From: a virus | Virus record (IMG/VR): IMGVR_UViG_3300031520_000001 | Coordinates: 1,415 to 65,414 of that record | Direction: 5' to 3' (one strand) | Length of the DNA stretch: 64,000 nucleotides | In this document: positions 63,801-64,000 of the stretch, one piece after another | Position numbering within the stretch: position 1 is the first letter of the stretch | Layout of the letters: each line of letters begins with the position of its first letter | The notes under the pieces: generated by a model | What the model saw: the letters and a program-made list of their open reading frames with translations, nothing else | Databases searched by the model: none | What the model was told of the DNA's origin: nothing | Program-made: the position numbers and the translations under genes

Positions 63801-64000
63801 CACGTCGTAGCCGAGGACCCCACGTGTCTTGGTACGCAGTCCTGCGACTGACGCGCCCATCCCTGCCGCTCGACTAATACACGTTTGTTGTGCGATGCTG
63901 CCACCCGTACAGGGATAAATATGGACGCTTATCCCATCAGGCTGTGTTCCGGCGGACACGGTACCTTTGAGCCACGGAATGAGATAGCTATCGACGTTGC
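60816..64000 (-). CDS. tail fibre / depolymerase: clan-A glycoside hydrolase end, BACON-like domains, spherulin-4 (GH135)-like domain, lectin-like domain; 5' truncated by the window
   Basis: Frame open to 64000; DGISVHIYP...LTEWN; VIANPNSGPG...KVLGYV.T...VDGIHLD...LNP. Confidence 0.8.
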   Translation of the reverse strand, partial: NVDSYLIPWLKGTVSAGTQPDGISVHIYPCTGGSIAQQTCISRAAGMGASVAGLRTKTRGVLGYDVPHCLTEWNADAYYNNPPGGGSGGQGYNSNNPANDSFNNTFAIDAIEGFVANGIDMANHFEVDYFLANPGGATSSTGQYRAFATETKKYPVGSGGSTPPPSTSTISASPSSLSYSGVVNGTGQTQNVTITNTGNTGGTIATPVTYSAYSNLNWVVISGANTLGGNASTVLSIGCGPQNGMPAGTYTANIAVTVNGSVATISVTLTITGGSNAVQHLYGPVYAPPVTAGTTNAMWAQFEQAGTAVSFVIANPNSGPGSTQNADYVTGILGMHTSGIKVLGYVNTSTSGVLIASATVKSQIDAWYSFYNVDGIHLDAVLPTSANFTYYQTLYQYIKAKDTVRNYVSLNPAQVPPESYMPILDTVCIYEGVYGGSIVTQPYMQNYPSSKFSATVQSVATSAQVDTVMSSLKNANVGLVYITDQSGTSPYVVAPTNTVWQETLKDIGVVSTGGGSPSTTPLSVFFAAATDTTLATANQLYTVQGTPPNTWAYSRLGTSTGYGEIASQTETNAWEAFSGLGAPSGSGFLYESVALENNQLQAGNWSAQIRLNCAQGGDAAPQAGSITGDLYVRAFKRSSSGVYMAIVTLSSLNQTIPMAFTTFQLPSVATTQATPFAVGDKLYLDIWVNVHSDGNANNSALQDIRLNRLSQDITNNTGDVNASIVTPGFSTASSGGTSSTSSTDTFIRANQSGFGTASNGETWNATGPGTLSIVSNEGVIVSTAADTNVQLGANTFLDGDIRGRLALGAAGDFCGVEGRYSVSGGTPTCYKLVYYTGTINLNKAIAGVTTQLVSLANITLTPGTFYQFHLKIQGSTLYGNVYADGSAEPTSWMITTADTSIQTAGGYAVLAQTASGSTGIQVDHFSATPLNVSGGTPTIVSSSTALPFSAVQGGAVTSAQSTTLTNSGAASGTWTETISYAQGSGWLSLGTTSGTLAAGASQQVALSCNPAGLAPGTYSASVIFAMGASTANLAVTLVVTAASNAFLSVSPPSLNFTVTR

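Noticed and set aside
54741-64000. Diversity-generating retroelement acting on tail genes
   Set aside because: No reverse transcriptase and no TR/VR pair differing at adenines seen
1-64000. tRNA, rRNA or host housekeeping genes
   Set aside because: None recognised; all intergenic hairpins fit terminators, operators or IS ends better than cloverleaf folds

Overview
The window is almost entirely a temperate, siphovirus-like phage genome with no flanking host genes. It is apparently circularly permuted: the minus-strand late operon leaves the left edge inside the tape-measure gene and re-enters at the right edge in tail-fibre, tail and lysis genes. Order: tail and head genes plus terminase (1-14000, minus); Xer-like tyrosine recombinase, AAA recombination ATPase and early cassettes (14000-21000); a non-autonomous IS200/IS605 element with intact tnpB; two XRE-type regulators and RusA; small early genes; DNA modification genes (ParB-N6-adenine MTase, PD-(D/E)XK-like protein, Mom-like protein); replication initiator with iterons, DnaB and HerA-like ATPase; ParA with a small partner; a TraB/FtsK-like plus Spd-like membrane module; a cluster with MazG-like and AcrIII-1/DUF1874-like genes behind palindromic operators; then GT2, holin, endolysin and very large carbohydrate-binding tail proteins. 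Gene style suggests a filamentous Chloroflexota (Ktedonobacteria-like) host, which is inference only. The strongest unexplained signals are: (1) three late-operon leaders sharing a terminator/antiterminator switch with a conserved loop; (2) a perfect 40-bp duplication enclosing a 35-bp exact copy of the par-locus region 35 kb away; (3) duplicated promoter cassettes whose hairpin loops are individually inverted; (4) a phage that also carries plasmid partition and putative mycelial-conjugation genes. All family assignments come from motif recognition by eye; no database searches were run.
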